The notes beneath the pieces are model-generated. The model was not told where the DNA came from. It worked only from the letters and a program-made list of their open reading frames with translations, and did not search any database. This document shows positions 56,017 through 57,375 of a stretch of DNA of 57,375 nt, piece after piece. The position numbers were made by a program, and so were the translations under genes. How positions within the stretch are numbered: the stretch's first letter is position 1; every line of letters starts with the position of its first letter. The DNA is from a virus (Duplodnaviria; Caudoviricetes): positions 1 to 57,375 of IMG/VR virus record IMGVR_UViG_3300033150_001333. One strand, written 5' to 3'.

Positions 56017-57110
56017 TTTTTCTCCTCTCCCAATCTTCATTTACAAGCAACTGCAACATTTTAACGGTTCTTGAATTTTTAAACTTTACAGGCTTTTTCC
56101 TTCTACTAGCATACCTTATATACTGGTTTAACCAACATCCAACACAATACCTTCCCTTTGGAATAGCTGGCTTTCCACAGAGGATACATCTACCCTCTTC
56201 CATCATTTTCCTCTGCCATTTTAACTGTCTTGATATAATTTCTTTCATAATTACCTCCTATAATATTCTCTCTTAGCAAGTTCAATCACTAATTGGGTAA
56301 ATTTCTTTTCAAAATTCTCAATAAAATTCTTTATTTCAAACATATCTTTTTTAAGCTCTTCAAGCTCTTTTTTTATTTCTTCTTTAGATTCTTGCTCTAT
56401 CTTCTTCGGCCATTTAATTTGGCTTGAGATAATTTCCTTCATGATTGTCCTCCATTTAATTTATTTACCATTTCATCCAACTCTCTATTACTAACTGGAT
56501 TCTTCTCAATACTGCCTTTCTACAATCATTCCAACCATCTTTGTATGCACGAAGTTCGTTTTCAGGAATTTTCCAATCTTTTTTCATTTCTTTAAGATGT
56601 GCTTCAGGGGGCAGGAAGTCAAAAAAACAGCAATGTGCATAAACATTCATTATTTCTCTTACAAATGCTTCCCAACTAAAATTTCTACTCCAAATTTTTC
56701 TTAATTCTTCTTCAAAATCCATTGATGTCTTTACTACAATAATCTTTCCTTCATTAACTTCTTGTCCCATTTTTTCCTCCTAGGCTCAAGACAAATAGTT
56801 ATCTTTTTTCCTTAATAATATCCCAATCTCGCTTATACTCATCATACTAAGCAAATATGAGGGTTGAGATATCATCAATTTTCTTATATCTCTTTTGTAA
56901 ATACTTCTGTATTTTTTCAAATACAAACGGATAAAATAATCTTTCTTTGTCTTTATTCGTTAATTTTCTAAATTCTTTTTTGGAATAAGTTGAATTAATG
57001 ATTATTATTCTTTTATGAGTTCTAACAGTATCATAAATAAATGATGGATTTTGTAAGTAATTTTTTTGACCAGCAACTCTAACTTTTATTCCGAAAGTAA
57101 TTCGCATCAT
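56000..57110 (-). CDS. Small hypothetical genes (56000-56248 Zn finger, 56251-56442, 56465-56770, 56847-57110)
   Basis: SD-preceded ORFs; CILCGK...YCVGC in the first. Confidence 0.6.
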
Positions 57111-57375
57111 GGCCTCCTATAATCATTAATAATTTAATTACCAATAACTCAATATACCTATCCCACTCTTTCTTTCTTCTAAGATGGTGATAACAAACTG
57201 TGCATAAACCTGCACTATGGTGTTTTCTCAATCTTTTACAATGGGTGCAAATTATCTTATTACCTCTTGTTACCTCTCTTATTCCATATCTTATTTTTTT
57301 ATCCCGCTTGAGATATCCATAACAATGGACGCACATCCCTTTGCTTTTATGAATACGCAGTTGCCCACATCTCTT
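57079..57375 (-). CDS. Partial protein with tandem CxxC...H...GxCxxC Zn fingers (5' end outside window)
   Basis: Frame open to the edge: KRCGQLRIHKSKGMCVHCY repeats as CTHCKRLRKHHSAGLCTVCY. Confidence 0.7.
   Translation of the reverse strand, partial: KRCGQLRIHKSKGMCVHCYGYLKRDKKIRYGIREVTRGNKIICTHCKRLRKHHSAGLCTVCYHHLRRKKEWDRYIELLVIKLLMIIGGHDANYFRNKS

Larger units (their letters stand above)
1..57375. mobile_element. Tailed dsDNA bacteriophage genome, podovirus-like, near complete and permuted
   Basis: Capsid, portal, scaffold, TerS/TerL, adaptor, nozzle, ejection proteins, RecT/exonuclease and initiator present; no tape measure or sheath, no host housekeeping genes; GGAGG Shine-Dalgarno sites and sigma70-like promoters indicate a bacterial host. 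Confidence 0.95.

Noticed and set aside
1-57375. Exact circularity or terminal repeat
   Set aside because: No end overlap seen; joining the ends puts the minus ORF at 110-1 out of frame with the ORF open at 57375, so some sequence is missing
1-57375. Genome-wide TGA recoding or selenocysteine
   Set aside because: Many genes end in TGA with ATGA coupling, long genes use TGG for Trp, no suppressor tRNA seen, and the HNH TGA is not at a Cys position

Overview
AT-rich, apparently near-complete and permuted genome of a tailed dsDNA bacteriophage with podovirus (P22/N4-like) morphogenesis genes; no host genes, integrase, DNA polymerase, tRNA or CRISPR array were recognised. Minus-strand early/replication genes (1-17.8 kb, 52.4-57.4 kb) include RecT, a PD-(D/E)xK exonuclease, an initiator with six internal 22-bp iterons, a wHTH-RecA-fold helicase-like ATPase, an Hjc-like resolvase, YopX, orphan HicB, a RyR-domain protein and an Amidase_3 endolysin. 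Plus-strand late genes (19.2-52.4 kb) include an N4-gp56-type capsid, adaptor, nozzle, tailspike, fibre, ejection proteins (one of 2075 aa), a second fibre module, a PAPS-reductase-like protein, TerS, portal and scaffold; TerL is inverted. An intact tnpB-only IS200/IS605 element sits at about 40.3-41.6 kb. Best leads: (1) a miniaturised ComM/YifB that has lost every ATPase motif, next to a truncated beta-clamp-like gene (possible decoys of host ring proteins); (2) a nozzle gene split by a tailspike cassette; (3) several unexplained non-coding structures. Family assignments come from motif recognition by eye, not database searches.
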